IMG/VR virus record: IMGVR_UViG_3300025724_000001
Span: 1 to 64,000 of that record
Source: a virus
Lineage: Duplodnaviria; Caudoviricetes
Length of the DNA stretch: 64,000 nt
Direction: 5' to 3' (one strand)
In this document: positions 7,760-16,673 of the stretch, piece after piece
How the letters are laid out: each line of letters opens with the position of its first letter
Numbering within the stretch: the stretch's first letter is position 1
Made by a program: the position numbers and the translations under genes
Notes under the pieces: generated by a model
Told to the model about the DNA's origin: nothing
The model's input: only the letters and a program-made list of their open reading frames with translations
Database searches by the model: none

Positions 7760-10595
7760 GTTCCTTTCCGAAACTTTCAGAATATTCACCGTCACCCATT
7801 ACTTGATCAATCACATCTTTTTTTCTCATTAAAATGTTATAGATAATTTGTTCAATTGTGTTTTCAAAAATTGGATAATATATTAAAACATTGTTTTGCT
7901 GACCCTGACGACAAGCTCTATCCTCAGCCTGACTGTGATGTGATGGTACAAAAGATAAATCATTCATAATAACAACTTCTGCTGCTGTTAAATTTATACC
8001 AATACCAGCCGCAATGATATTACCAATTAAAATTTTAATCTTAGGATCATTTTGAAATTTATCTATAGCAACATCACGTTTTGATGGTGACATCCTACCA
8101 TCGTATATTACTGAATTTCTAGGATATTTTTCATGCAACATATCTAAAGGTAATGTAAAATTAGTAAAAACAATAACCTTTTTATTTAATTCAAGACATT
8201 TATCGATCAATTCACACGTATATGGAATTTTTTCGTTTGCAATTATTTGCCTAACTTTGACGAGACGATTAATCGTAATTGCAATGCTTTCTTTTTTTCT
8301 CTCATCTTCAGCTATCCTCATAAATTCCTCTAATTCTTCATTATAGAAAGTACTTTGTAATTCTAGAAAAATAGGAGAAATTGTTTTTTCTGGTAATCCG
8401 GGTATTTCAGTTTTTAATCTTCTTAATACAATATTTTTGGTTCTTTCTCGTAATTCATCCAAATTGCTATGACCACTAGTATTCCAGATTGTTCTACCAT
8501 GAGCCTTAAAACGAAATCCTTTACAATATCTCTTCACGTAATGTTGCCAATTCAATGCAACTGGAGAATTAACAATTTTTAAAAGATTATAATAATTTAT
8601 TGGCCTGTTTGTCATTGGTGTCCCAGTTAACAACCATACTTTTGGTATTTTTTTAAGAATATCATTCATCAGTTTTGTCCGTTGGCTTGATGGATTACTA
8701 AGATAATGTGCTTCGTCTACAATTACAAGTTCAAAATTTTCTTTTTGTATTAAATTAATATCATTTTCTTCATCATTTTTCTTGGTTGTATGATAATTTT
8801 TAAGAATATCATAATTTATAATATAAAAATCAAATGTAGAACCCCATTTTCTACCTTCGACTATTAACACCGGACGATCAGTATAATTTTTTATCTCTCT
8901 TTTCCAATTAATTTTAACACTTGCCGGACAAACTATCAAAATTTTCTTTGCTTCCGACTCTAATGCAGCAATTATTGCTGATGTTGTGTTATGAGTCACG
9001 ATGCCATGATTAACAACATATAATTTATCGGGAGAATCCACCGCAATACACACCGATTCGCCCTGTTTTTCAAATTTTATGTCTTTTATGTATCTTCCGA
9101 CCTGGTATTTTTCGGGTTCATGGTATCTTTCAGCTTTTCGTTTTAATCTAAAAGGATTCATTCCTTTAGCCAATTTCATATTTACCCTATATGATATGTT
9201 ACATTCTTTACGAGTCCCATTTTTAACATAAAACGACCTACGAGTTCGTTTCCTAGCGACACCACCCAAAGAATGTACTATCTCAATTAAATCATCACAT
9301 AATCTTTCAGAGATTGTTGAGTATTCCGTTGATAAAAACGATCCAGTTTTACTAAAAGCACAGTATCCATCAGTATCCATTAACCCCTGTAGTAGCGATA
9401 TCCGATTCTCAATCGATGAATATTTGTAAATGTCAGGAATAAATTTATTATTTGAACGACAATTTTGTATGTTTAACTTTTCCAGTATATCTCCAACATT
9501 AATATATCCTGTTTTTATGTGTGGCCTTGTACGACATTCAATCGGATGTAAGTTATATGACTCAAATAACTCGTTATAATCGTCCTTATGAACTGAAAAT
9601 CTTATTTTTTTTTCATCTAAATACCCGTCACCGAGAAATAAACCAAAAAGATATGGATCAATAGGAAGCGGATTAGTGTTATCAAATTCTATAGGATCAA
9701 CCATAGGAATTTGCCACTTTGAATCTCCATTTTTAACTTTATAATATGTTGAAAATTTATATTTTTTATCTTTATTATATCCTGATCCGTTTATCTCCAA
9801 AACAAGATCTTTATCCATCATTTGTTCAACACTTAAAATAATATCTTTTTCTTCCCTATTATTTTTTGTGTTTTTACCAAAATTACTCGAATATACTTTA
9901 AATAAATGACTTTTATCTGCTAATATTGAATAACCATCATTAAATGTTATTCTATATAAATCCATAACACCCTGTGGGAATACGCCTATTATCTTACATT
10001 TTTTACCATTCGAACCAATTACTTCATCACCAGCTTTTAGTTTTCCTATTTCAACTTTTCCTTTAGGCGTTATTACTAATTCATTAATACTTAGACCTTT
10101 ACCTAACCCCATATCATCAGCCAAAATGAACCTATTATTAGCCAAAAGTGACTCAATTGCTTTAGGTTGCCATGGTTTTGGTGGTCTATGACTATATTTT
10201 GAATAATCGATTTCTCTTTTTAATTTTTTTTCAGGTTGTAAAACAGCCCCTTTAGGTAACCATATTGCTTTTAATGATTCATTATCAAAATATTTTCCCC
10301 AAATATGATACGCCTTTTCAGTTTCACATAATAATTTCTCACACCATATTTTTTCAACAGGATTTGGTAATTGTTTATCTTCTTGTAATTTTTCACCAAA
10401 AGAAGAAACAATCATTATATGTTTTCTAGCTACTTTTGGTACTATTTCATGAAATTTTAACACATATTCAGCTTGTGATCGTGTTAATTTGAAATTTTTG
10501 TTTCTTAAAAATTTTAATTTCCATTCAAGTAGCTGATTATTGGCTCCTTCGTAGACTAAAAGTATATTTTTTGCATCAATTTCAGGTATATTCAT
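7740..10595 (-). CDS. SNF2-family (HARP/SMARCAL1-like) helicase with an intein
   Basis: Motifs LADDMGLGK|T, IVCPASVKINW, DEAH, LTGTPMTN, GIGINLT and QAEDRACRQGQ. Start re-called at ATG 10595 (MNIPEID) to avoid overlap with the divergent 10675 gene. Confidence 0.9.
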   Translation of the reverse strand: MNIPEIDAKNILLVYEGANNQLLEWKLKFLRNKNFKLTRSQAEYVLKFHEIVPKVARKHIMIVSSFGEKLQEDKQLPNPVEKIWCEKLLCETEKAYHIWGKYFDNESLKAIWLPKGAVLQPEKKLKREIDYSKYSHRPPKPWQPKAIESLLANNRFILADDMGLGKGLSINELVITPKGKVEIGKLKAGDEVIGSNGKKCKIIGVFPQGVMDLYRITFNDGYSILADKSHLFKVYSSNFGKNTKNNREEKDIILSVEQMMDKDLVLEINGSGYNKDKKYKFSTYYKVKNGDSKWQIPMVDPIEFDNTNPLPIDPYLFGLFLGDGYLDEKKIRFSVHKDDYNELFESYNLHPIECRTRPHIKTGYINVGDILEKLNIQNCRSNNKFIPDIYKYSSIENRISLLQGLMDTDGYCAFSKTGSFLSTEYSTISERLCDDLIEIVHSLGGVARKRTRRSFYVKNGTRKECNISYRVNMKLAKGMNPFRLKRKAERYHEPEKYQVGRYIKDIKFEKQGESVCIAVDSPDKLYVVNHGIVTHNTTSAIIAALESEAKKILIVCPASVKINWKREIKNYTDRPVLIVEGRKWGSTFDFYIINYDILKNYHTTKKNDEENDINLIQKENFELVIVDEAHYLSNPSSQRTKLMNDILKKIPKVWLLTGTPMTNRPINYYNLLKIVNSPVALNWQHYVKRYCKGFRFKAHGRTIWNTSGHSNLDELRERTKNIVLRRLKTEIPGLPEKTISPIFLELQSTFYNEELEEFMRIAEDERKKESIAITINRLVKVRQIIANEKIPYTCELIDKCLELNKKVIVFTNFTLPLDMLHEKYPRNSVIYDGRMSPSKRDVAIDKFQNDPKIKILIGNIIAAGIGINLTAAEVVIMNDLSFVPSHHSQAEDRACRQGQQNNVLIYYPIFENTIEQIIYNILMRKKDVIDQVMGDGEYSESFGKELMKELF
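8988..10097 (-). mobile_element. Intein (370 aa) in the helicase Walker A motif, class-3 type, with LAGLIDADG endonuclease
   Basis: Inserted at GLGK|T. Starts G-LSINELV and ends HGIVTHN. LAGLIDADG motifs are PYLFGLFLGDG and SLLQGLMDTDG. Block F reads SVCIAV. Confidence 0.9.
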
Positions 10596-10674
10596 AAAAT
10601 TTAATAAATAATAATATACATAAATAGAACTATTTTGTAAAGTATTTATTGGCGTATGATATTGAATATAAAAC

Positions 10675-11187
10675 ATGGAAAATAAATTACCAATAACAAG
10701 ATTAAACAAATTTTTTTCTGAAGACGACTATAATTTACATATCGAAATGGGGATGGAATATCTTCATGGAGATTTGAACATGAAAGTTGTTCTTTATCAG
10801 GTTGACCGAACAATAACAGGCAACGACGATGTTTATGGTGAAGCCGGAAAAGATGATATAAAATTTAAACCACCAATTGAATTTAATGCTTTGGTTCATG
10901 TTGTTGCTGCAGAAAATAAGTCTTACAAATCAGGGTTATTAAGATATCTTGAACCTGGTAATATGGTAATATCTGTTTATACTAAAACATTAGAAGATCT
11001 TCAAATTGATGTAAGATTTGGTGATTATATTGGTTATGCCGATAGTGAAAAAAGAATAAGATTTTATAATGTTGTGAATGATGGAAAGGTTAATGCTGAT
11101 AATAAACACCACCACTTCGGTTATAAACCTTCTTATAGAACAATAATTTGTGCACCAGTACAAGAAAACGAATTTAGAGGAATTTAA
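10675..11187 (+). CDS. Head-closure/neck protein, gp14-like (putative)
   Basis: 'DDVYGEA...KFKPPIEF' and 'GDYI' patterns, size, position before the tail terminator, and TATTTAT upstream (10643). Confidence 0.5.
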   Translation: MENKLPITRLNKFFSEDDYNLHIEMGMEYLHGDLNMKVVLYQVDRTITGNDDVYGEAGKDDIKFKPPIEFNALVHVVAAENKSYKSGLLRYLEPGNMVISVYTKTLEDLQIDVRFGDYIGYADSEKRIRFYNVVNDGKVNADNKHHHFGYKPSYRTIICAPVQENEFRGI

Positions 11188-11188
11188 T

Positions 11189-11794
11189 ATGAAAAAAATC
11201 ATTATAAATGAACAACAATTAAACTTTTTATTGGAACAACAAGGAATTGATGATTTTTTTGAAATGATGTCTGAAACATTCCCTGATTCAGTTTATATTA
11301 TGCAATTTATAAAAGATTTTATAACCAAATCTGGTTGTAAATCTATTAAAGTTGATTCGTTTAAATATCCTGCGCTAGGCTTATCAACAATAAACGGAAT
11401 TGTCCTCAATATAAAGGTATTTTCATTAGAATTATCATATTTTCTTTATGTTTTATTTCATGAAATTGCACATCAATATCAATATAAAAAATATGGTATC
11501 GATAAAATGTATGGTTGTTATACTAGGGATTTATCATTGAGAGAGGGGGCGTTATTTATGAAATATTGTGAAAATATTGCTGATGAATTTGCAATGAGAA
11601 AATTAAGAGAATTAAAAAAATATTTTGGTGATAAACTAAAAATCACAAATCAAGAATCTAAAGTATACCAAGATACTCCTATTGAATATTTTGAAAAACT
11701 TATTGAAAAATTCATTAAAATAATAGAACAAAAAGGATATAATGATAAAAATGAAATTACTGAAATATTATATAATTTTATAAAAAACGGATAA
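11189..11794 (+). CDS. Putative zinc metallopeptidase (HExxH)
   Basis: VLFHEIAHQYQY with a downstream CENIADEFA (third-ligand E..A..FA pattern). Start re-called at ATG 11189 (MKKIIINEQQL). Confidence 0.65.
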   Translation: MKKIIINEQQLNFLLEQQGIDDFFEMMSETFPDSVYIMQFIKDFITKSGCKSIKVDSFKYPALGLSTINGIVLNIKVFSLELSYFLYVLFHEIAHQYQYKKYGIDKMYGCYTRDLSLREGALFMKYCENIADEFAMRKLRELKKYFGDKLKITNQESKVYQDTPIEYFEKLIEKFIKIIEQKGYNDKNEITEILYNFIKNG

Positions 11795-11795
11795 A

Positions 11796-13046
11796 ATGAC
11801 ATTGCCAAGAAAAACAAATATTAATGTATATCGACAAATTGGAACTGAGCCAACAGAAAAAGAACTTATTCCGAGAAGGCAAGAACTACTCGATAGAATA
11901 ACAAAATCTGACACATATTTACCAGATCCGATTTTACATGACGATTTGGATAAAGGAATGTTAGAATATATTAACGATAATTTAAAAGTAGTTTCAGATG
12001 GCGTTCAAATTCCAATTATTCCAAAAATTTTAACAGTACAAAGATGGGGTGAAATATCAAACACTTGGACATTCACAGATGAAGATGGTAATATGAAAGT
12101 CCCTTTTGTTGGTGTTATCCGTAAACCAGACGTTCAACCCGGTACAAATCCCGTCATACAACGAACTATTCCTGATAGAAGACAAGTTTTTTATGCTACA
12201 GTTAAAACATGGGATGGACAACAAAACGGTGCTGATGTTTATAAAATACCACAGCCTGTCGCTGTTGATATAGGATACGAAGTCACCATTGTTTGTCAAA
12301 AATTTAGAGATTTAAACAGATTTAATAGAATTGTTCTTCAAAAATTTGCATCAAGACAATCATACACAAAAGTCAAAGGACATTATATTCCAATTATATT
12401 AGAAAGAATTAGTGATAATTCACCAATTGAAGCACTAGAAGGTCGTAGGTTTTATTTGCAAACATATGAATTTACAATGCTTGGATTTTTAATTGATCCC
12501 GATGAATTCGAAGTGAAACCAGCAATTAATAGAGTATTGTTATTACATGAATTTATGGGTGGTAAATCAATACAAAAAGATATACACCAAAGAGGTATTG
12601 AAGTAAAAACCGCAACATTTATTAGTGATGGTGTTACTACATCATATAGTGTTGGTGAACTTATTGGTTATTTATTCTTTGTTTCAATAAATGGATTGGT
12701 ACAACAAAAAGATATTGATTATTATTGGATAGGACAAACATCACGAATTTCTTTTGTTACACCACCAGTCGAGGGTAGCCGAATAATGGTAATGTATTAT
12801 GCTGGAAGAAGTGGTGTATTTTATGATAATTATGGTGAAATTTTACGATTAACACATCAAAATTTTGTTTATACCGATTCACTCTCTTTCACAGTTACCA
12901 ATGATATAAAAAGTGTTGTTTATATTGAAATTAACGGTCTTGTTGATGAAATTGAAATTGGATATGAGGTTTCAGATGTAAATACAGTAACACTATTAGA
13001 TACCCCAATAGTAGGATCGCGAATTAGTATTTGTTATTTGTATTAA
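11796..13046 (+). CDS. Tail terminator/sheath stabiliser (gp15-like) with a duplicated C-terminal domain
   Basis: PQPVAVDIGYEVTIV motif and position before the sheath gene. Two C-terminal 'INGLV...P..GSRI..Y' repeats. Confidence 0.6.
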   Translation: MTLPRKTNINVYRQIGTEPTEKELIPRRQELLDRITKSDTYLPDPILHDDLDKGMLEYINDNLKVVSDGVQIPIIPKILTVQRWGEISNTWTFTDEDGNMKVPFVGVIRKPDVQPGTNPVIQRTIPDRRQVFYATVKTWDGQQNGADVYKIPQPVAVDIGYEVTIVCQKFRDLNRFNRIVLQKFASRQSYTKVKGHYIPIILERISDNSPIEALEGRRFYLQTYEFTMLGFLIDPDEFEVKPAINRVLLLHEFMGGKSIQKDIHQRGIEVKTATFISDGVTTSYSVGELIGYLFFVSINGLVQQKDIDYYWIGQTSRISFVTPPVEGSRIMVMYYAGRSGVFYDNYGEILRLTHQNFVYTDSLSFTVTNDIKSVVYIEINGLVDEIEIGYEVSDVNTVTLLDTPIVGSRISICYLY

Positions 13047-13050
13047 AAAA

Positions 13051-13218
13051 TTATTCGTCATACAAATCCTTTTTTTTACTTCTGTTTGGTGTCTTATCAA
13101 GCGTCTCAATCCACTTTTCAATTACTCGATACATTTTTAAACCAGTTTTTTCACAATAAGCTTTCAATATTTCATGATGTTTCTTACTGATTTTAATATT
13201 TTTACTTGGTGTTCCCAT
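13051..13218 (-). CDS. Small ribbon-helix-helix-like DNA-binding protein (55 aa; absent from the ORF track)
   Basis: Translated by hand: MGTPSKNIKISKKHHEILKAYCEKTGLKMYRVIEKWIETLDKTPNRSKKKDLYDE. It has an alternating beta-strand (KNIKIS) followed by helix-G-helix, and TATTTAT upstream on the minus strand (13232-13226). Confidence 0.7.
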   Translation of the reverse strand: MGTPSKNIKISKKHHEILKAYCEKTGLKMYRVIEKWIETLDKTPNRSKKKDLYDE

Positions 13219-13347
13219 ATTATAGATAAATAATAGTAAAAAAAGATAAATTACTATCTTTTAATTTTTTTTCATTTGACCCTTTGATAAAAACAAAGAT
13301 ATTTATCTGTAATAACAGTAATAAATAATTTAACTAAATAAAAATCA

Positions 13348-16164
13348 ATGGCTACATCAAAAAGAGTTTTCGTTTCTCCAGGTGTTTATACCTCTGAGAA
13401 AGATTTAACATTCGTTGCTCAAAGCGTTGGTGTGACAACACTGGGTTTAGTTGGTGAAACACTAAAAGGTCCAGCTTTTGAGCCAGTTTTAATAAAAACA
13501 TATGACGAATTCAGAACATTTTTTGGATCAACTTCTCCTTTAAAAGACGGTAATGGTAATCCTGCCTATGAACTCCCATATTTTGCAAAATCATATCTAC
13601 GGGAATCAAATCAATTATTTGTAACAAGAATACTTGGTTTAACTGGATACTTACCAAATAAAACATTTGCTCTAAAAACTATTGGTGGTGTAATTGTAAA
13701 CACAGAATCAACACCAACACAAACCAACGGTACACTTGATTTACTTAATGTTGAATCATTCGAGTTTTATAATGTTTTAAGCGGAAAAACAGCAAATGAC
13801 GGTAGTTCAATTATTGACTGGATTAGTGAACAAACTTTTGTAAATGAATCATGGTTCACAATTGGACTAGTTCCTACAGCATCAATTGAAACATTAACCG
13901 GTGAACAAGTAAATGGTCCTATTGGTAATGTAACTAATTTCGCATGGGCAAATAATTTTCTCAATCCAACTGGTGATGGTGTTTTTTCTTACTTGTTTGT
14001 TTATGATGATGGTATGGATAGATTTATTGTAAGCCAATTTGAATATCCATCAACAACAAACGAATATGATAATATAGCTGTCGCTGAATTTAGACCAAGA
14101 GGCCGTTATGTTACATCAACATTAACTTTAACAGTTACTAATAATACAGGATTTACAATGTCTTCAAATGACATTGAAACGAATCCGTTAGGTGAATTTA
14201 TTTTAACTATTAATCCTGATGACGCAAATATGCCAGCAAAAACATTTACTTGTTCAATGGATAGAACATCTAGTAAATATGTGACAAAAGTATTGGGTAC
14301 TGGTGTATTTGATAGAAATTATATGGATTATCCTATTTATGTGTTTGAATCTTATCCAATATTAGTTGAATCACTATATAAACGTGGTTTAATTAGGGGA
14401 TTAAGCCTTGATGTGGTTTATCATCCGGTTGGTAATGATTTTATGACAGAATGGAAAACAGCAGAATCACCATTTATTGTTTCAGAAGTGCGTGGTGGTG
14501 TTGTTAATGATTTGTTTAAATTTATTGCAATATCTGATGGTAATGCATCAAACGTACAAGTAAAAGTTTCAATATTAAATATTGACCTTGATACTGCAGA
14601 ATTTGACGTTCTTATTCGCGATTTTAATGATACCGATGATAATATGGTTGTTCTTGAAAGATTTTCAAGATGTTCAATGAACCCAGATCTTCCTGGCTTT
14701 ATCGGTTTAAAAATTGGAACGTATGATACTGAATATGAACTTAAATCCAAATATGTGATGTTAGAATTAGCGGAAGATTTCCCAATAGATGCTGTTCCAT
14801 CAGGATTTAGAGGTTATGCCACTGATCAACTATCTGGCGATGCAATTTTGGGTGGTGTGCTTTATAAAACACAATATTACATTGCAGGTGATATTGTCAC
14901 ATATGATGCAACTGGTGTACCAGAAGATCAATCAGGTGATAGAATCAAAAGGGTTATGTTAGGATTATCAACACAATTTGGATATGATAACAGTATGTTT
15001 AATTTTAAAGGTGTAAACCCAACAACAACCACAACAGGATTCCACCTTTCATCACAAGCATCAACTTTAACTGGTAATACAAATACTGGTTTTGAATTTG
15101 ATTGTACACCATATGACCTTGAAGGAATAAATAAAGGCGAACTCGAATCGGTATCAAAACGCAAATTTACTCTAGCATTGGCAGGTGGATTTGATGGCTG
15201 GGATATATACAGAGATGTTAGAACATTTGGTGATGCATATAAATTTGGAAAAACAACATATGATGATAATAACACTAATAATGGTGGTGTGTTTAATTCT
15301 ACTGTCGGTAATTCTGACTATTATGCATATAAGGCAGGTATTGACACGTTTAACAACCCGGAAGCAATTGATATAAATCTCTTTGCAACACCTGGTATTA
15401 ACTTTTATGAACACGCATCATTAACTGAAGAAGCTATTGATATGGTTGAAAACGAGAGAGCTGACTCACTTTATATTATATCAACACCAAACGTAACAAC
15501 AGCTGATGAAATTATTGATATGATGGATACAATTGATTTGGATTCTAATTATTCCGCCACATACTGGCCATGGATACAAGTTAGAGACAATGAAAATTCA
15601 ACACAATTATATATTCCACCAACTGGTGAAGTTCTCAGAAATATGGCATTAACAGATAACGTTTCGTATCCTTGGTTTGCAACTGCAGGATATTCAAGAG
15701 GTATTGTTAACGCAATCAAAGCTCTTAAAAAATTAACACTTGATGAAAGAGATGAACTTTATAAAATGAGAATTAATCCAATAGCAACTTTTTCTGATAC
15801 TGGCCCTATTATTTGGGGTAATAAAACACTTCAAATACGAGAATCTGCTCTTGATAGAATTAATGTTAGAAGATTATTATTAAGAGCAAGAAAACTCATA
15901 GCAGCGGTCGCTGTCCGATTACTATTTGAACAAAATGACGAACAAGTTAGAAACGAATTTACTAGACTTGTTAACCCAATTCTTGAGGCTATTAAAAAAG
16001 AAAGAGGACTTTATGATTTCAGATTAGTAGTATCTAATGATCCTGAAGATATTGATGCAAATACTCTTAGAGGTAAAATTTACATTAAACCAACAAGATC
16101 ATTAGAATATATTGATATTGAATTTATCATAACACCAACAGGAGCTTCATTTGAGAATATCTAA
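13348..16164 (+). CDS. Contractile tail sheath protein (gp18-like)
   Basis: N-terminal FVSPGVYTSEKDLT; GETLKGPAFEP; C-terminal PWFATAGYSRG, INPI, WGNKTL, RINVRRL and IKPTRSLEYIDIEF. Confidence 0.95.
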   Translation: MATSKRVFVSPGVYTSEKDLTFVAQSVGVTTLGLVGETLKGPAFEPVLIKTYDEFRTFFGSTSPLKDGNGNPAYELPYFAKSYLRESNQLFVTRILGLTGYLPNKTFALKTIGGVIVNTESTPTQTNGTLDLLNVESFEFYNVLSGKTANDGSSIIDWISEQTFVNESWFTIGLVPTASIETLTGEQVNGPIGNVTNFAWANNFLNPTGDGVFSYLFVYDDGMDRFIVSQFEYPSTTNEYDNIAVAEFRPRGRYVTSTLTLTVTNNTGFTMSSNDIETNPLGEFILTINPDDANMPAKTFTCSMDRTSSKYVTKVLGTGVFDRNYMDYPIYVFESYPILVESLYKRGLIRGLSLDVVYHPVGNDFMTEWKTAESPFIVSEVRGGVVNDLFKFIAISDGNASNVQVKVSILNIDLDTAEFDVLIRDFNDTDDNMVVLERFSRCSMNPDLPGFIGLKIGTYDTEYELKSKYVMLELAEDFPIDAVPSGFRGYATDQLSGDAILGGVLYKTQYYIAGDIVTYDATGVPEDQSGDRIKRVMLGLSTQFGYDNSMFNFKGVNPTTTTTGFHLSSQASTLTGNTNTGFEFDCTPYDLEGINKGELESVSKRKFTLALAGGFDGWDIYRDVRTFGDAYKFGKTTYDDNNTNNGGVFNSTVGNSDYYAYKAGIDTFNNPEAIDINLFATPGINFYEHASLTEEAIDMVENERADSLYIISTPNVTTADEIIDMMDTIDLDSNYSATYWPWIQVRDNENSTQLYIPPTGEVLRNMALTDNVSYPWFATAGYSRGIVNAIKALKKLTLDERDELYKMRINPIATFSDTGPIIWGNKTLQIRESALDRINVRRLLLRARKLIAAVAVRLLFEQNDEQVRNEFTRLVNPILEAIKKERGLYDFRLVVSNDPEDIDANTLRGKIYIKPTRSLEYIDIEFIITPTGASFENI

Positions 16165-16187
16165 TATTCATTTTTTTAATTAATGAG

Positions 16188-16219
16188 AAAAGAGGTGATT
16201 TAAACACCTCTTTTTTTTT
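16188..16219 (+). terminator. Intrinsic terminator after the sheath gene (possibly bidirectional)
   Basis: AAAAGAGGTG-atttaaa-CACCTCTTTT followed by a T run. Confidence 0.8.
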
Positions 16220-16231
16220 ATTTAAAAATCC

Positions 16232-16365
16232 CCAGAATACTAGTTCCAGAATACTAGTTCCAGAATACTAGTTCCAGAATACTAGTTCCAGAATACTAGT
16301 TCCAGAATACTAGTTCCAGAATACTAGTTCCAGAATACTAGTTCCAGAATACTAGTTCCAGAATA
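16232..16365. repeat. Perfect tandem repeat, 14-bp unit CCAGAATACTAGTT, 9 full copies plus 8 bp
   Basis: Units start at 16232, 16246 ... 16344, with a partial copy at 16358. Each unit contains the palindrome ACTAGT. There are no spacers. Confidence 0.97.
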
Positions 16366-16407
16366 TTAATACTAGAAAAAATAATTAAAATATATAAAAT
16401 CTAGTAT

Positions 16408-16501
16408 CTGGGTTCCAGTACCTGGGTTCCAGTACCTGGGTTCCAGTACCTAGGTTCCGATATATAGATTCTAGTATACTAGTATTATTACTGGAACCTA
16501 G
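16408..16501. repeat. Second 14-bp tandem repeat (CTGGGTTCCAGTAC x3 plus partial), a 12-bp palindrome and an inverted copy
   Basis: Units at 16408, 16422 and 16436, with a partial CTAGGTTCC at 16450. Palindrome CTAGTATACTAG at 16471-16482. Inverted TACTGGAACCTAG at 16489-16501. Shares the GTTCCAG core with the first array. Confidence 0.92.
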
Positions 16502-16514
16502 TTGCTGGGCCGAA

Positions 16515-16543
16515 AAAATACAATTTTTTTCTGAGAAAGTCAA
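16515..16543 (-). promoter_or_regulatory. Leftward promoter (TTGACT-N17-TATTTT) firing into the repeat arrays
   Basis: Minus strand: TTGACT at 16543-16538 and TATTTT at 16520-16515, with a 17-bp spacer. Same layout as the 17181 promoter. Confidence 0.5.
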
Positions 16544-16673
16544 GTTTTTTTGAAAAATTTTAAAAATTATTGAATATATACTATTTATAGTAATAATATT
16601 ATAAACAAAAAATTTTTTTTAGTTTGAATATATTTATAGGAAAACAATAAACAAATTAATATAAAAATGCACA

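Noticed and set aside
10596-10709. N-terminal extension of the helicase given in the ORF track (likewise the starts at 1965, 7511, 11150, 26496 and 41555)
   Set aside because: These extensions overlap neighbouring genes or promoter motifs. Downstream ATGs fit better.
16232-16458. CRISPR array
   Set aside because: The units are 14 bp, directly abutting, with no unique spacers. No cas genes are in the window.
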